A DNA stretch of 64,000 bases from Catajapyx aquilonaris (GCA_000934665.2 KZ537977.1:62001-126000), one strand, 5' to 3'. Positions 11,687 through 25,900 are shown, numbered from the stretch's first letter. Notes: generated by a model from the sequence alone, not told the origin. Numbers and translations are program-made.

Positions 11687-14600
11687 CAGAGGCCGATTGA
11701 TTACCGCTCATCTCTATTCAGAATACAAATTTCGGTGATTGAGATTCTGTTAGACGCGAGCAGCATCATGATTTCGATACCTTACTGGAACTACAAGAAA
11801 TTTATCGGGCAATTTTTTGGCTAGTTTTTGAATTAATACGCGAGAGGTCTTTGTCTCGAAATTTACGGCCCGGGTTTTTTTTCTGGGGGGGTTAAATTGT
11901 AAGCATTTTTCAACGCCAGCATCACCAACTGGCGTAAAACTTTGTGGTTACATTGCCTAATGGTGCCATTTCTTGCAGCCTTGGGCGACTCCTTTTTTTC
12001 CATTTTCTTGAAAGACTCTTCAGGGATGAGAAAAAAATTAGAGGAGAGGCTGTGACAATGGCAATATATGACCCTGCATTACATGGGGGAAGGTTGACCC
12101 AAGCCGTTGTTGGTTGCTATATAGTCGACAGACATGTTTTACAGGCTGAACTTTGGTTCTGTTTTGACGTGGGGGGGATGGCGGTGGTTCAAAATTAACT
12201 AACAACAAAAGGTTGTATATCAGGATAGAAGGGTCGATAAAGTCTGGGTAACGTTTTCATTTCGGTTAAGTTCAAGTGCTAATGACCACTGGAGGATTTG
12301 AAGAAAAAAAATAAAGGTCAAGAAGGAAGCGAAAGGCGTCGTGTTTATAGAGGCGTATATCTCGGTATTCATTAGCATCAACGGATATTGTACGTGTGCA
12401 AAAACCGGCTGCTGGTGGCAGTATAATATGCTGGGAGAGCGATTAAACCTTTGCACTTTTTACACACACACGAGGGATGCAAATGATAAAATTGTGTGAC
12501 GACTTATTTCTGCCAGAATGTTGTATGATGCAGCAAAATAATTCATTCATAATCATACGGAAAATTTTGCAGAATTGCTCCAAGCTGTGTTGGATGAGAA
12601 AAAAACATGATTTGTGTGTATAATCTAAGATTTCTTTCTTAATTTGAATTCGTGCAACCGGCCATATTAGCAGGTGTAAATTAGTTTGCCATATCACCAG
12701 GTGCAACTTAAGTATCCCGAAAAGTTGTTTTTTCCTTCCAAGGTGCCAATTTCTTTCGCAGCCAATTTGAAAAACAGGCTTGGACCAATCTTTCCAGGAA
12801 AATTATCAGAATTCCCTTCCCCATTAAAAGCAAGCATGGAATGCAACCTGGTGTCACACATCCAATAGTTTTCCAAAAACCCGCGTGAAAACTTGCCCTT
12901 GTTAAGACCTGACCATATCAAGATTCGGATTTATTGACTGACAAGGTCATACCTTCCACCTTCAGACTTTCCCTCTGGAATTGGTTCATTTCCCAAACTT
13001 TTTTCCCCCAATATTAAATCAACGAGGAAAAACCTGTTAACCGCTAAAAAGAGAGGTTCACCAAAAAAAAATATAGGTGAGGTCCCATCCCTCTCGGAAG
13101 TCACCTTGCTACTCTGGGCGGTGTCAATTTAGACGTTCATTTGGAATGCATGAGCTGCTTGCCACTTTTTGTCCCAAGTGTCACGGTAAGGGAGAATATA
13201 TCGTAGGTTGGAAGGTTGGGTTTCCATAAGATGTGGAGGGGGACAGAGAAAAAAAATATCATTACTGCAATATTGCTACGGTGTGAAATGCGTGCTAATG
13301 ATGTTTTATACCTTCGCTGTTCTTGTTGTCGTGATCGCCATATTTATGGCTGTTTATTTAATATGTGCCTGGTTCATGTCGACATGAAATATTTGACTGG
13401 TTTTGCCCTGCCGGTGGCTACCGTGCTTACACTTTGTGTAGGGTGTAAGATTTTTGTGTTAAACACAACCGATAGTTAACAGACCCAACGGCAAGTAGGA
13501 GAAAGTCTATGACAGTTGTTACGAGAAAAAAAAATGAGTTGCGTGGTATACATGCGTGATCCCGTTTCACAAGACTGACCCGTTTTTGTTGGGAGGGGTC
13601 ATGTTAGAGTAACCTTTCTCGCTGCTGGAGGTGACCGAGGAAGTGGTCACACCTTGGCACTTTTTTTTTCTGGGTTTTCTGGTCTGCAAAAGCTGATTTG
13701 CGACTTCCCAAGGAGCCATTGAAATTCTGCCGGGGCATTACTCTAATGAAATGTACTTGCAGAGAAGATGCATGATTCAGGATGTTTGGAGTGTCCTTTT
13801 GCAGAAAAGTAGCAAGGAGTAGCCGTTGACAAGAAATTCGGATTTATTGCAGCTTTTCCTACGAAATTCGCCATTTTTTTACACATTTTGTCCAGCAGGT
13901 TTTGACCAATATAAAAAAATACCATTCGTTTGCTTAGACTTGTGTGCTTGCATGTACAAGAGAATTTTTGCTGTAGAGTGCATAATAATTATTGGCGGCG
14001 AGTGCTGTGACCTTACAACACGAAAGTAATAAAGTGGGAGAAAAACCGAGCTCGTGTAAATATTCAGGTAATCAGACTCCAAATCATCGGGTTGAAGGGG
14101 CGAGGTGATCGAAAAATTGATCCAGTAGCCTTTCGGTTAATGCTTTTTTTTCTGGTCATAAAGGATATGGCCAAAAGTATGCATAATCTCGCGATTCTAA
14201 GGCTGTAAAGTGATAAAGGCCAGATAGGTAAAAAAAATGGGTACTGTTTCCCTAAGGCCAGAAACGAGTATAATAATAATAAATCATGCAGCAGGTGGCG
14301 ATTATCATATTTACTCCGTAGCATATTAATAACGCAGTCGGCTGGAATTTTGATTCTCTTTGATTCGGAAATGAAAGTCTACTGTGAAACGCAGCACGTG
14401 TTCGCACTTCACATGAATGTTGTAAAAAAAATATGTGGACAGTCGGTCCACATGTAGTGTTGAAATATTAAAATTTGGTAACTGCTTATTAGTGCTCATA
14501 ACTGAAATTAAAGCCTTCGTGGCCAGCTTATTTTATTGGCTTTGAAAAGGAAGGGTGCTGGTGCATACCTCCAGTTCATGTGAGTTTGGGTCAGAAAAAT

Positions 14601-17533
14601 TGTAAATCCGACCAGATACCGTACAGCACACTGCAGTGCAGGGGGTGAAATTGAACGGTACCACCATAAATCCCCATCTCTTTGGCATCAAGGATGTGGC
14701 CAAGAGCAATGCAACAAGTGCACCAAGCAGTGGATTTATGGGCACGAAAATCCTGGATCCCGTCCGCTTTGTAGGTAGCTGGTGAGTGGGACATGATGAG
14801 CGAGCCAGGGGTGTTGGCAGGCACGGTTGAGTGGACAGGGCGGCCATGCAGGCCATTGCTCGGTGATGAACTTCTGACCACTGCAGCTTGTGCTTGCTAC
14901 CACCAATGGGCGAGGCCAAGCTGCTCCAGATCCGCAAGACAAGACGCGCAGATTACATGCATTTCATACGTGGAAAAAAAACAGTCCGGTTGCTGGTGTG
15001 AACAATCCATGGAGCGTAGGCGGTGCATAGCCCAGCCTGTCTGGGGGTCAGACCAAGAACGGAAGGTTGCAAGAAGTGCCATGTACTGTTAAGAGCCAAC
15101 TTTCTTTGCACGCCGCCATGGATGAGGAGATAAGAGATAAAGTATTCGCGTGCTGCAATTGCAGTGTAGACAAGCGTGTTTTTTGAGTGGGGGAGGCTGA
15201 CGATTGTAATGCAGGGTGACACACTACAAGCCAGCGAAAGTTAGACATTGCGGTAACAAACGATGCTTTACGAGGTGGAAATTAATTTGTAAATTCGGTT
15301 AGCCGAACGGCACAGATAACAGAGTGAATGACACACGCGACACTAGAAATGAAACACTGCAGATCAGTTAAGAACCCCCTCTGCAATAAAACGACACTCA
15401 CCAGTATATGGTTAATGGCAAGCGTCTAATTGCCACTGAGGAAGTCTGACTGGACCCCCGACTTATGATGCTAGATAACACAGTTGATTTGCGAAGCAAT
15501 AGAGAGGGCTGTGGGAAAAGGGCGGATGCCTCCGTCTTAGGCTTCCCCTAGTGGAGCTCCCTGCCGCCGTCGTTAATTGCTTCCGAAGACACCGTGATTG
15601 GAGATAGGCAGGTTTGATTCATGGCCGCCCTCACGCTGCTGGCCCTCTCCATTTACCTGCTGATGCAGGTAGTGACATTCATGTATAGGGTTGGGACGAT
15701 AAATATTTTTGGGACTAAAATATGCTCAAAATGAATGGAACGTCCGGCACCTTTTTGTATATCCTGAAGAATGCTGGTCTTCCGAGTTTTGCGGGTTTCC
15801 TCTTTTTCGGCATGGTTGGGCGTAGATAAAAAGGCGGGGTCAGCCCTGGAAAAGATGAGAAGTAGAAGAAGCGAGAGCTAGGTTGGGTGGGTTGCCTCAG
15901 GGGCGGCCGTTCTGCTCGTGCTGCTGCCACAACCTCTTCCGGATATCAAAACGAGTGAGTGCCTGCCTGCTGGCTGCTCCTGATCTCCTTTGCTCAGTTT
16001 TTTTGCTATTATTCCGGTGGAATCTGATAGCAGATATGCCCAACTATAGAAAAAAATAAAATAAAAGGTCAAACCTTGAAATACGCATGTAACTCCATGT
16101 GTTGTCTGGAGAAGAAAAATGTCATGTCGTCATTATGGGGGCGATGCATATCGTTGCGGATAACAATCACGCAGGCTATTACAGTTATGCGTTATAAATA
16201 TTTATGGTGTTCCCCTCAGTATGTGGAAACTCATAAATTGCAATCTGCGCCCTGAAGTCCTTCTTCCGTCAAGGTAGGTTCAGAATAAAAAAGTAGACAC
16301 GTTTCATTGCTAATGTAAGGACCGGATATTTTTTTTTCGGGAATCCACACCTGTCGATTCTACATGAAAACAAAGAAATTTTTGACCACCCCTCTTACCA
16401 CACCCCACTTTTTTTTCCACCATACCCTCTAACCCTTTTTTTTCTTCTCCATCTTGTAAGACGTGTACGGCCGAGTGGCAGAGCAGCGGACGAGATAAGG
16501 CGGGGCTGAACTTTTCGTGAACAGCATTCGGAACCCCCCCTCTTTTCCCCACCTTCACCTCCTTCTTGTACCCTCTCTACCTTTCCTTTTTTCTCCCCAA
16601 CAAGCCAACCCAAACCGACGGGGGTCAGCCGGGAGGAGCAACCCCGAACAACCTGGCAATTACCCTTGCCGATGACAAAAAATGGAGCAGTGACGGCTGG
16701 GAGAATTTAGAAGTAGCTCGGGGGTCATTCCTCCTCCCAAACTCTCGCCCCTTAATCTAAGAGATTGGAGGTCACTGGCTCGTGACCCGGAGTCAAGGGT
16801 GGGCCACCCAAATTGGATTCGAGGCTAAAGAATTTTTTTCTGAAAAAAAAATTTGGTGCCGGATCAAGCCTATAGAAAATACTTCTCACTCTTAAATATT
16901 GCACGGTTCGATGACAGTGCCATTAGCGGATAATTGATGTAATTCCGTTCGTATAACCCGGTCTGGTCCGGAAAAACGTGACGTAAATGTCCTAGGTGCT
17001 GTTCTTGATGGGACTGCACTGTATGACAACACAAAAAAAAATTTGCGGTGTTAGTATGCAGGGTCAGTGTGGGGATCCCGTGCAGTGGAATGCAGACGCT
17101 GCGGATTTTACCATGCTCGAGTGATACGAATTTTTTAAAAGCAATGAAAAGACTTCCCGGCATCAACTTTGCCCCCCAAGGAAATGCAGCCAGTCTCTTT
17201 TATGCTGTCGTCAAGTCCTGATATTACGTCGCTGCATCTTTTAAGCCTGTTCGGATAGGCATGCAAATGGTCGTGATGGAAATGACCGAAACAAGCTCGT
17301 AATTTTTGTACTGACAACTGATTTTTTATTGCCCCCATAATTTCTCACATTGCTAAAATCTGGAATGAATTCCAATTAATGGAGGGCCTCCATATTGGAG
17401 TTCAATAGTATTCACCGTGAAAAATCTGCAAATTATGGACAATCTCCAATTACTGTATGTGTACAACAGTACCCACAGCATAACTTCTCAAAAAATGGAT
17501 TAGGTGACCTCTCCCCTTCCACTCCACACCAGA

Positions 17534-17617
17534 CACTACACCCTAGGGACCTACTAAGCGATCTGATTGGTGGAGCAGAAGGTGGGGGCGCCACCAATCA
17601 GGTCAGTGGGTATAGTG
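17534..17617. repeat. Small nested foldback element with inverted CCAATCAG motifs
   Basis: Outer pair CACTACACCC / GGGTATAGTG (9/10) and perfect inner 11-bp pair CTGATTGGTGG (17563-17573) / CCACCAATCAG (17591-17601). Confidence 0.55.
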
Positions 17618-18883
17618 CGGTACAAAAGAAATGCTCATTTGAAACCCTATCTACAGTGTATGGCTTAACAGAGGTCGCAATATTTAGGACATGCCTTTTT
17701 ATTGAGAAGTTAGGATGTGGGTACTGTAGGTATTCTCAATGCATAATGCAACATAATTTTTAAAAGTGTTAATATTACATAATTTGCATAATATGTACGC
17801 CTCCTGTGGCACCCATACGCGTATATGCGTGTATTAGAATTTTTGCACCACATATAACAAATTTTTCATAAATTTCATTATATTAATTTGCGTTCGCACA
17901 ACTGACCATTTACAATAAAGGGGCCAACTATATGCACAAGTATTTAGAGTAAAGTGTATGTGATAACACCCCGGGGCATTACATGATATTCGATAACACA
18001 AAACGCCGCTCTAAATGTTACATCGGAAGATCTGGCCTCAATAACAGGAACAGTCCTACATTAGACCCCCTTTCAAAAAAAGTGTCTTAGATCGAGTAAA
18101 GCGGTCTCTGCTGGGGTAGTTTTTTTTACGACCGTGAATGTCAGCAACATTTTGTCTCCAGATCTCTCTCAAGAGCGTAGGTCCGCAGAGAGTTGAAACG
18201 TTGTGGAGCTGTAAAAGGAGGAGGATTCATTTTGCCACAAATTGCGCCCGGTGTTGAAAAGGGGCCTACGCCCTTTGGACGTGAGGCCCTGGGTAAATGA
18301 TCCTGCGGGCAGGCCAGACCCGACCACCTACGCCTCATCATCATCCCATGGCTTAGCTCCATTGCACCAACCCCCAAGAAGAGACGGACTCTTGAGAGTA
18401 GCTGCCCGAATCGTGATGCGTATCAGTCAAGTCCTCCACCCAACGCAACTGGTTTTCTAGACTGAAACACCAGGCTCCCCCAAAAGATCTAAGGAGGAAA
18501 CAACAACAAAAAAAAGTAAGACCCAAGTTACAATGGTGGAATCCCCTAAGAACTGGAGGGAAGAGAGATTGGTTCAGATGCGGATCTTGACTAGCATTGC
18601 CGTTCGGACGACAGTGTGATGATGATAGCCGTTTTTAAAGTAATTGTCTTCTGGTTTGAAACGGCGGTGAAAAGCAGTAAATGTGATGTTGCAGTGGGAG
18701 GGGGACACGAATTATAGAGAAACGCGAGATCATTCGCACCTTCTACGTCTTTTGTGCGGTAATGATGATTGTACCGGTTCATGCGAGGAAGTTGGTTGCA
18801 AAAGTGTGCTATCTGACTGTTTTTTTCTCTCTCTCATTTTTATTGGGGCGGCATGATGCACTACAGGATGGTCGTAAAGTTTG

Positions 18884-18908
18884 GAGAGAGAGAGAGAGAG
18901 AGAGAGAG
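18884..18908. repeat. (GA)n microsatellite, about 12 units
   Basis: Direct read. Confidence 0.95.
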
Positions 18909-19791
18909 CTTTCTGTACATTTTTAGGAGAAAATTGTCGATCACATCTCTGGCCGATAAGAAGGAATAAATCATTTAATCTCATTACTTGTACATTACAA
19001 ACAAAATAGCAATATCAGAACATTTTAAATCGCCTGAGCTGCCGTCAGTTGCATCTGATTCAGTGAACGTATCAGATCTGGTAAAAATTGGGCAATTTAG
19101 TCTCACGTCGCAAATTAATTTTTCCTGATTTAACCGGAAACGGCCGTTAATTTTCCGCTTAATTATTGCAAGATGGTCACTGAGATCCTGATTTGAATAA
19201 TCGTGTGGGCGATAAGACGACTATTGAAAGAAGACTGTGTAAATGATGAATAGCCTTTATCTGTATCTGCCCTTTAATTGCTTCATTCACTTGTAACACA
19301 CGAGGAGAAGTAAAAAATAAGATCTCACGTTGAAGCATCAGTGTTGCTTCTCTTTTCCCCCACCCACTTTTCCACGTCGTCAGGAGTTAATTTGGTGGGG
19401 TGAGTGGAAGCTTTCACACCTGGCGTCCATCACCTTGGACATAGCTCCTTCTTGGCTGCTTCCTCCAGTATACATGGGGCTGGAACCGGGCACGTCAGCG
19501 TGGCCTACATGGTCGGGGAGGTTGGGGGGGNGGGGAAGATTGGCGATTTCTCGGACGGGCGACTCACGACTTTGCCGATTCATGACCCTTAATAAGAACA
19601 AGGAGACGGATCTCTGATTGCTCCTTTGGGAGGGTGGCAGCAACGATGGAGTTGGGTGCACATCCAGGAGGGGGGTTGCACAGAAGCAGCTTCTTTGGGC
19701 GTAATGAACCCTACTGGATGCAATGCAAAATCGTGGTCATTTTTGACTGCTACTGCTTCCTGATACTGATACTAAAAATAGCGTGAAAATC

Positions 19792-19935
19792 GCTCGAACA
19801 TTAAGAGTCTGCTCGAACGTACGAATTTTTGATCGAACGTACGAATATCTGCTCGAACGTACGAATATCTGCTCGAACGTACGAATTTTTGATCGAACGT
19901 AGGAATTTCTGCTAGAACATGAGAGTTTTTGCTAG
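19792..19935. repeat. 20-bp minisatellite, about 7 copies (consensus GCTCGAACGTACGAATWTYT)
   Basis: Units start at 19811, 19831, 19851, 19871 and 19891, with degenerate flanking copies at 19792 and 19911. Confidence 0.92.
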
Positions 19936-22900
19936 TACTGGTGAATATTGTCACCTACACACTACTCCAACCTACCCATTGAGGTACAGAATAAACAGTG
20001 TGTACCCCACCACACCTGCTGGTTGGACTTTTTGTTCGGCAAGTCATCTTTGGGGCTGATTAATATGGTGATTGGTGTCAGTTGGGGCTTGGACCAATCA
20101 AGCGACCTGGAGATTGGACCCAAATTGTTGGGGCTGCCCCTGCTGATATAACCGGAGATGACTTTGACTAGCGTACCGGGGCACCGAATAAAGCAGAGAG
20201 GGGGCTTCTGATTGAGACGGTGAGGTCATGCAAGAAGTGCAAGTTCGAAATGAAGTGGTCACGCAGGCGAGCGTTCGTTTCAATCCAAAGCACGCATTCC
20301 GAATGTAATACGCGGTTTGCTAGGGGAAGAGAGAAAGAGAGGAGCAGTTCTTTGGCCTCATGCTGCAATTTAGGAGCCTTTGGGCATCATTAAGAGCCCG
20401 CCCCCTTGAGGCTTATACACAAGTCCTCCTCCCAAGGTCGTGGCTTCCCTATATATGCCCCCTTCGAGACATGTCGTTGGCAATAAGACTCTCTCCAAAC
20501 GTGATCATCTCTTGTCGAGGGAGTAGCATTAGCTTGCATTTTTCGCGCCATGATGTATCAATCTCCTTTCTGATTGAAATGGTCCTCTGTCGGGAACCTG
20601 GCGCACCCATCACATGTCACGTATATGCATCCAAAATATAACCAATATTTGGTCCGAAATAATATGCTAACCCTGCAACATGTCATTTCATGTCCACAAA
20701 AGAAACGTGCCTAACCTGCCTTCTGTAACAAAACGAAGTAGGTCGACGTCGCTCAGTATTGGACTAATCACTGAGAAAGTGTGCGTATCAAGAAACAAGC
20801 TATTGATATCCCCTCACGACGACGGATGAGATAACCAGTCGAGTTAAGCTTGAATCACGATTGTAATGAGGAAGGTGTGTGTATATCATTGGAACTGGGC
20901 AGACAATAAGACCCTTTATTCCAAGGACCCTGCGTTTCCACCTTTTGTCTCCTTTTACTTCGTGTCGCAGTTTCTTTGGACAGCTCTTGGCAGCCGGGCC
21001 TTGTGACTCTTAATTGCTCGATTGGTCAGATAACACCTTCTTTTTCTTGTTGTTATGCGCGCCTACAGTAGTTTCATTTTCAATTGAGGCACCCCCTGTT
21101 TTAAATTTATTTCCATCGATTTGCATCGCCCTGCGTTTCTTCGCCCCGACGTATTATGATGTATGGCTGCTGGAAGCAGCAGCAATCACAAAAACTTGCA
21201 GATCGTAAATAAAGGTTCGGGTCATGCAGGGCAGCCACCTTGCAGGGTGTGTCTCGTGATGAGGGAACTTGCAAACAAAAAAACACAGGAGGCAACGGAA
21301 AACAGTTTTCAAAGGAGATGAACCTATAACCTCTACTAACAAGACGTATTATTTTGCGCGTATACTATAAAAGCGGTTTAATGACTCTTGCGCTCCGTGT
21401 AAATTTTATCTCTTAAACTTTTTGATCCTGGCAAGTTTTTTTTTCTTCAGGGTTACGAGTAAATTGAAGCAACCCCACAATAAAATCGGGGCTTATGGTC
21501 ACGAGCGATTCAATAAGGAAACTCTAGTGCAATGGGTGTCATCCAGCTTATTTGCCCAGTTACTTAATGAAGACTTTGTTATCCTTTCACTTTAATGCAT
21601 TTTCCTGCTCGGTGGATCGTGCGGGACGAATTCTAGAGAGAGTGAAATAGTTCGGCCCGAAAGCCGCATAGATCACGGTGGAACATCACGACCCTATCAG
21701 GTTTTCATCTCTCGCACCAGACTTGTCATAACAGGGTGTGAAATCGGCCTGGTTGGTACTCCCGGGAGTCATACCCTCCATTATCTTACTGGCCCTTCGG
21801 GGTATGCATTTCACAGATTCTTCATGTCGCCCTGCATTCATTTTTGTACCGTAACTCGTGACGGAATTTCACATGTAAAAACACATACGTTTGTTTGGAG
21901 TAACTTTCAATGTCCACTTTTTTCAACGCACAGGTCGTCTTGAAGAGAGAGAAAAAGGGGGGCGGCCCGGTCATAACTCATGTCTACAACCTTATAATCC
22001 TCCACCTAACACACTGGGTCCAGGTTGGTGCCAAACTCTGCCCCATTCGTTAGCGAGAAATACCATTTAGAGTCAGAGTGCCTCGTAAATTCGTAGAGGA
22101 AAAACCCTCCTTCCACCCGATATATGTGTTGCTGGCCAATTTGGGAGACGCCAATGGAGGAAGCTATTATTGCATGGTACGGCAAGGATTATGCGCCCAT
22201 TTAATTAGCAACCCTCACCTCCAGTGTTTGTCAAGACTGGTTTGCGATTGGGATACATTATTTTATTGAGGGGAAAGTGTTGGGTTTGGTCCTAAACCTG
22301 TCACATATGAATATTAGGTCACGCGACAGGCGGTTTATTGGTTGACAATTTCAGGAAATATTTGACAAAAAAGTGTATCGCTGCTTCCCTTTTTTTTGGT
22401 AAAACTTAAAATATTAGTTCCTGCGCCAACTTGCTGGTTGAAAAAGGTGAAACACTTGCTACCTACATCATATTATGCAGAAGCCTACTGAAAAGGTTTC
22501 ACAAGTCGTCACCTTTCTACACCTTCTCTTTCTCCCTTTTTTATGCACCCCTGGTACTTCCCCTTCCATATGTTGGTGGTATCATCACCACCCCTCATCA
22601 TCATCATCGGATCCTCATCAAGCCATCCCCAGTCTGCTGATTCCGTGGGCGAGTGTTCCCCGCCGAGTCTGCCCCTCCCATCCCATCCCTTCTTGCACGA
22701 GCCGCTACCGTTTCTCTTCCTGAGACTTTGGATCGTGTGTATGCACGTACGTATGTCGAAGATTGGTATACGGAGAGAGTTAACACACGTGATAACTTGC
22801 CGGAAGACATCTTCCATATATCCAATATCTATCATAGAAAATCTGTACGATCTATACATCCCCGGATGGATACCAAGACCACACACTGGCAATGCTTCAT

Positions 22901-25900
22901 TATGACGAGCCAACTGCGACATGTTTTAATTGAGGCTGTAAAGCTATTTGGAGCGTGAATTACTTGCAAATGGGTCGGAGCTGGGGGCGTGAACCTGGTG
23001 GTATACTCTCCAGGATATCGTACCGAGCGATGCTGCCAGGCCGTAAAACCATAGTCGCACATAGTCTCCATTTAGCCACATGTCCTGAATATCTCATTAT
23101 ATCCGGTTATTGCGCTTTTGGCATCGCAAATGGAAAAAAGGGGGGGGGGAGATAAATTAGGCGAGTTAACTATTCTTTTTACGGCCTAATTACCTCGGTT
23201 TATGGACACTTTTGCAAAATAACAAGCTCGCTTTTTCGGACACGAATGAAATGCTAATAAACGTGACTTCCATGCTGTGGTAGGTGGGTTTTCTCTCTGG
23301 ACTTCCCTCCTCTCAAAATCTGAACGATTCTTGCATTTCTCCGGGTTAGTGCTGGGCCACGGTGATGGTGACGGTCCGTTTTATATTCCTCCGGAGTGCA
23401 CGCTAAGCCATCCAGGCAGGTAGCAGGGGCAGCAATAAAAGGCTTATGGTCACGAATCGAAAACCTCTGCGTCGTCGATCCATCAGCAAAGCAGGTGGAG
23501 ATGTCGACCAGGAAGTCAAGAAGTGCCTCTGGCTCAACTTGCTCTTGAGACAAGGATGAGTGAATTGATTGCAAGGGAGACTTCTGATGGGCCAAAATAA
23601 TATGTCCGTGTACAAAATAATGAACACATACATAAATAACTAATGGAACAAATAAACAGTAGTAGTGCAATAAATTGCTATAGCTCAACACTTCAGCACT
23701 GAATTTCTCAACTTTTTTTTTCCAACTCGAAGGTGACCATTTTACATAACCTCATTGTCGATGGAGCGTTGTACTGCCCACTTGTTACTACCATTATTAC
23801 CGATGTTATTGCTTAGAGCGATGTGACAAACACCTAAGTGGATATGTAATTCCAGCAGCGAAATAAGGGCTTCAAGGACGTGATACCTTGCATCAGCAGC
23901 AGGTCACATAGTGTTCTGTTTGGCTAATGCTTATCAGATGGAACAGTAGGTAGCTGGGAGGGGGAAAAATCCAAGGTGAAAAAGGGGAAGTGGGTGGAAA
24001 CTAACGGAGAGGGAAAAACTGATGATCTGGATTGCGACCAGCAAGTAGAAAAGACAACACACAAAAAAAAGTCGCAAACTGGAATTTTCAAGGTTAGAAA
24101 ACTACCTCACAGGAGTACTGATTGTGCCCTCAAATTGACCAGAGTGACTAATTTATGCCTCGGTCACAATACCTAGTCTGGACAGTTACTGTACCCTTTG
24201 TTACCACTGCTGCTTTGTGCCTCCCACATCTCCCAAGTGAAAACTGTTGGGACCGCTTGTTGTCAAGTGCACAACAAAAAGCGACATGTGGCCGACACCA
24301 GAGCATCATTTTACGGCGACGTGCGGTCATTTGGAATTAATGAAAAAAAGGGGGGACCTCCACACCCGTTACTTTGGATGCAAGTAGACTGACAACCTAG
24401 CCCTTAACCACCTTCGAACTACCAGGCTGATTTGAGGGCAGCAGGTGTGCCTATCCAGATTACAAGAAGTCGTTCAAATAACACACCCTGTCATGTCGAA
24501 AAAAAGCTAATACGAAAATTGTATACGAATATTACGTTTGTTCATAAATTAATATAACAAAAATAATGACCTGGGTTAAATTAAAACGCAGCTATTAGGC
24601 GCTCATCAATTTTTACAAATCTATTGAGCTTGTTCAGTGAATGTCTTTTCCGCACACCACTTTGGCCATAAGTCGATTAAGCAACGTGACGGTTCTCCTT
24701 TCGCCGCAGCCCAGAAGATATATCGATGTCGTGCCTTTGCCCTATGGAACCGGACGAGTAGCCCAAAGAAGCCAATCTCATTTGAAACAACGGTGTGTAC
24801 TGTACCACTGCAGGGTTAATTATAGTCATCTCAATTTCGTCGTGAGATCCTCTCAGCCGATTATTGCAAGGAACTATTTTTAGTGCAGGTGAAAGAGCCA
24901 AACTTGCAGGGGTGGGATTCGCATGGAAAGAATGTTGAAGAGGTACAGGTGGAAATGGTAGATTCGTATAGCTACATGAAAAAAAAATATATTTGGTTGG
25001 AGGCGGCAGCACAGTAGCCACATGCTCGGCCATAAGAAGCCGAAGGGGTCAGGCTATTCCGTGGCTGGCAGATGACTCTTCTTTCCTTCCCCCTCCTGTG
25101 ATGGATGTTGATGCTCGTAAATCTTCTCCACATCTCAATATGAAGCCAGTGTCAAGGGCAGCAGCGGTAATAATAAGCTCTCTCGTCTTTTGGAAAGGAC
25201 GACAATGGCGGCGGATGCTTTTGTTGAGGACCCATGATGCTGTTTTTCTTGCCGGGCCGCCTAAATTCATTAATTACAGGGATGACTGAAAGACCGAGGG
25301 GTTATTGTAGTAAAAGTCTGCACGACCTTCGTGAGGGTGCTGGGGAATGGCCGATTGTGCATCCGAGGGGTAGGTGTGTGTAGGTGCATTTTTGTCCACC
25401 TAGCCTTTGACATCTGTCCCATGTTTTTGACGACAAGTTTTCTTGGAACCACCTGGCTTTTTTTTCGTGACAGCGGTTTTTCAGCGAACCCACCAATTAG
25501 GAGTCGTTTACTTATTGTGGGAGTGTGAGAAGTTTTTCTAGGGGACACTGAGAAGGTGACGTGTTTTTTTTTGGCTCAGATTTAGAACCAGCTTTTGAAT
25601 CCCATTTTGAATAACGCGATTAGTGTCATCGTGTAAGCAAATATTAATGATGTTGAGCGCCATCTTGAAGATGGGCGAAACTTGTGTTGATTCTTCAATG
25701 CATTTGGAGGCTTGCAAAAAAAAAAAAAATGTTGAAAAGTAAGGATCGCAATTTTCCCAGAGTTTGATTACTTGTCTTTCCTAATTCTCTATAAAAGGAC
25801 CCCTGAACCATGATGAAAGGAACCGCTGAGGGGCTTTCACCACAACGTAATGTGAACTTTAATTTCAGAGGTCCATAGGTCTTGCAATCATTGAAATTTC

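Noticed and set aside
3241..12546. 18/21 inverted match between 3241-3261 and 12526-12546
   Set aside because: Similarity does not extend beyond the core; too short to call a repeat family without a search.
14533..15100. GC-richer tract with several overlapping ORFs, including a minus-strand IHCLVHLLH resembling the hAT CxxH motif
   Set aside because: Frames are interrupted, there is no further motif support, and the order is not collinear with the 17-kb fragment.
19524..19535. N inside a G homopolymer (similarly at 62701 in a C run)
   Set aside because: Sequencing or assembly ambiguity, not biology.
19792..19935. Possible CRISPR array (also considered for 63026-63164)
   Set aside because: Head-to-tail repeats without unique spacers, no cas genes, and a spliceosomal eukaryotic context.
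20090..20620. Minus-strand VTCDGC suggesting a ZZ zinc finger
   Set aside because: The remaining Cys/His ligands are absent and a stop follows shortly.
22543..22750. Alternative first exon: ATG at 22543 to a phase-1 C|GTATGT donor at 22751
   Set aside because: Phase-compatible, but the peptide is low-complexity and driven by pyrimidine and CAT repeats, and the donor is weak. Needs RNA evidence.
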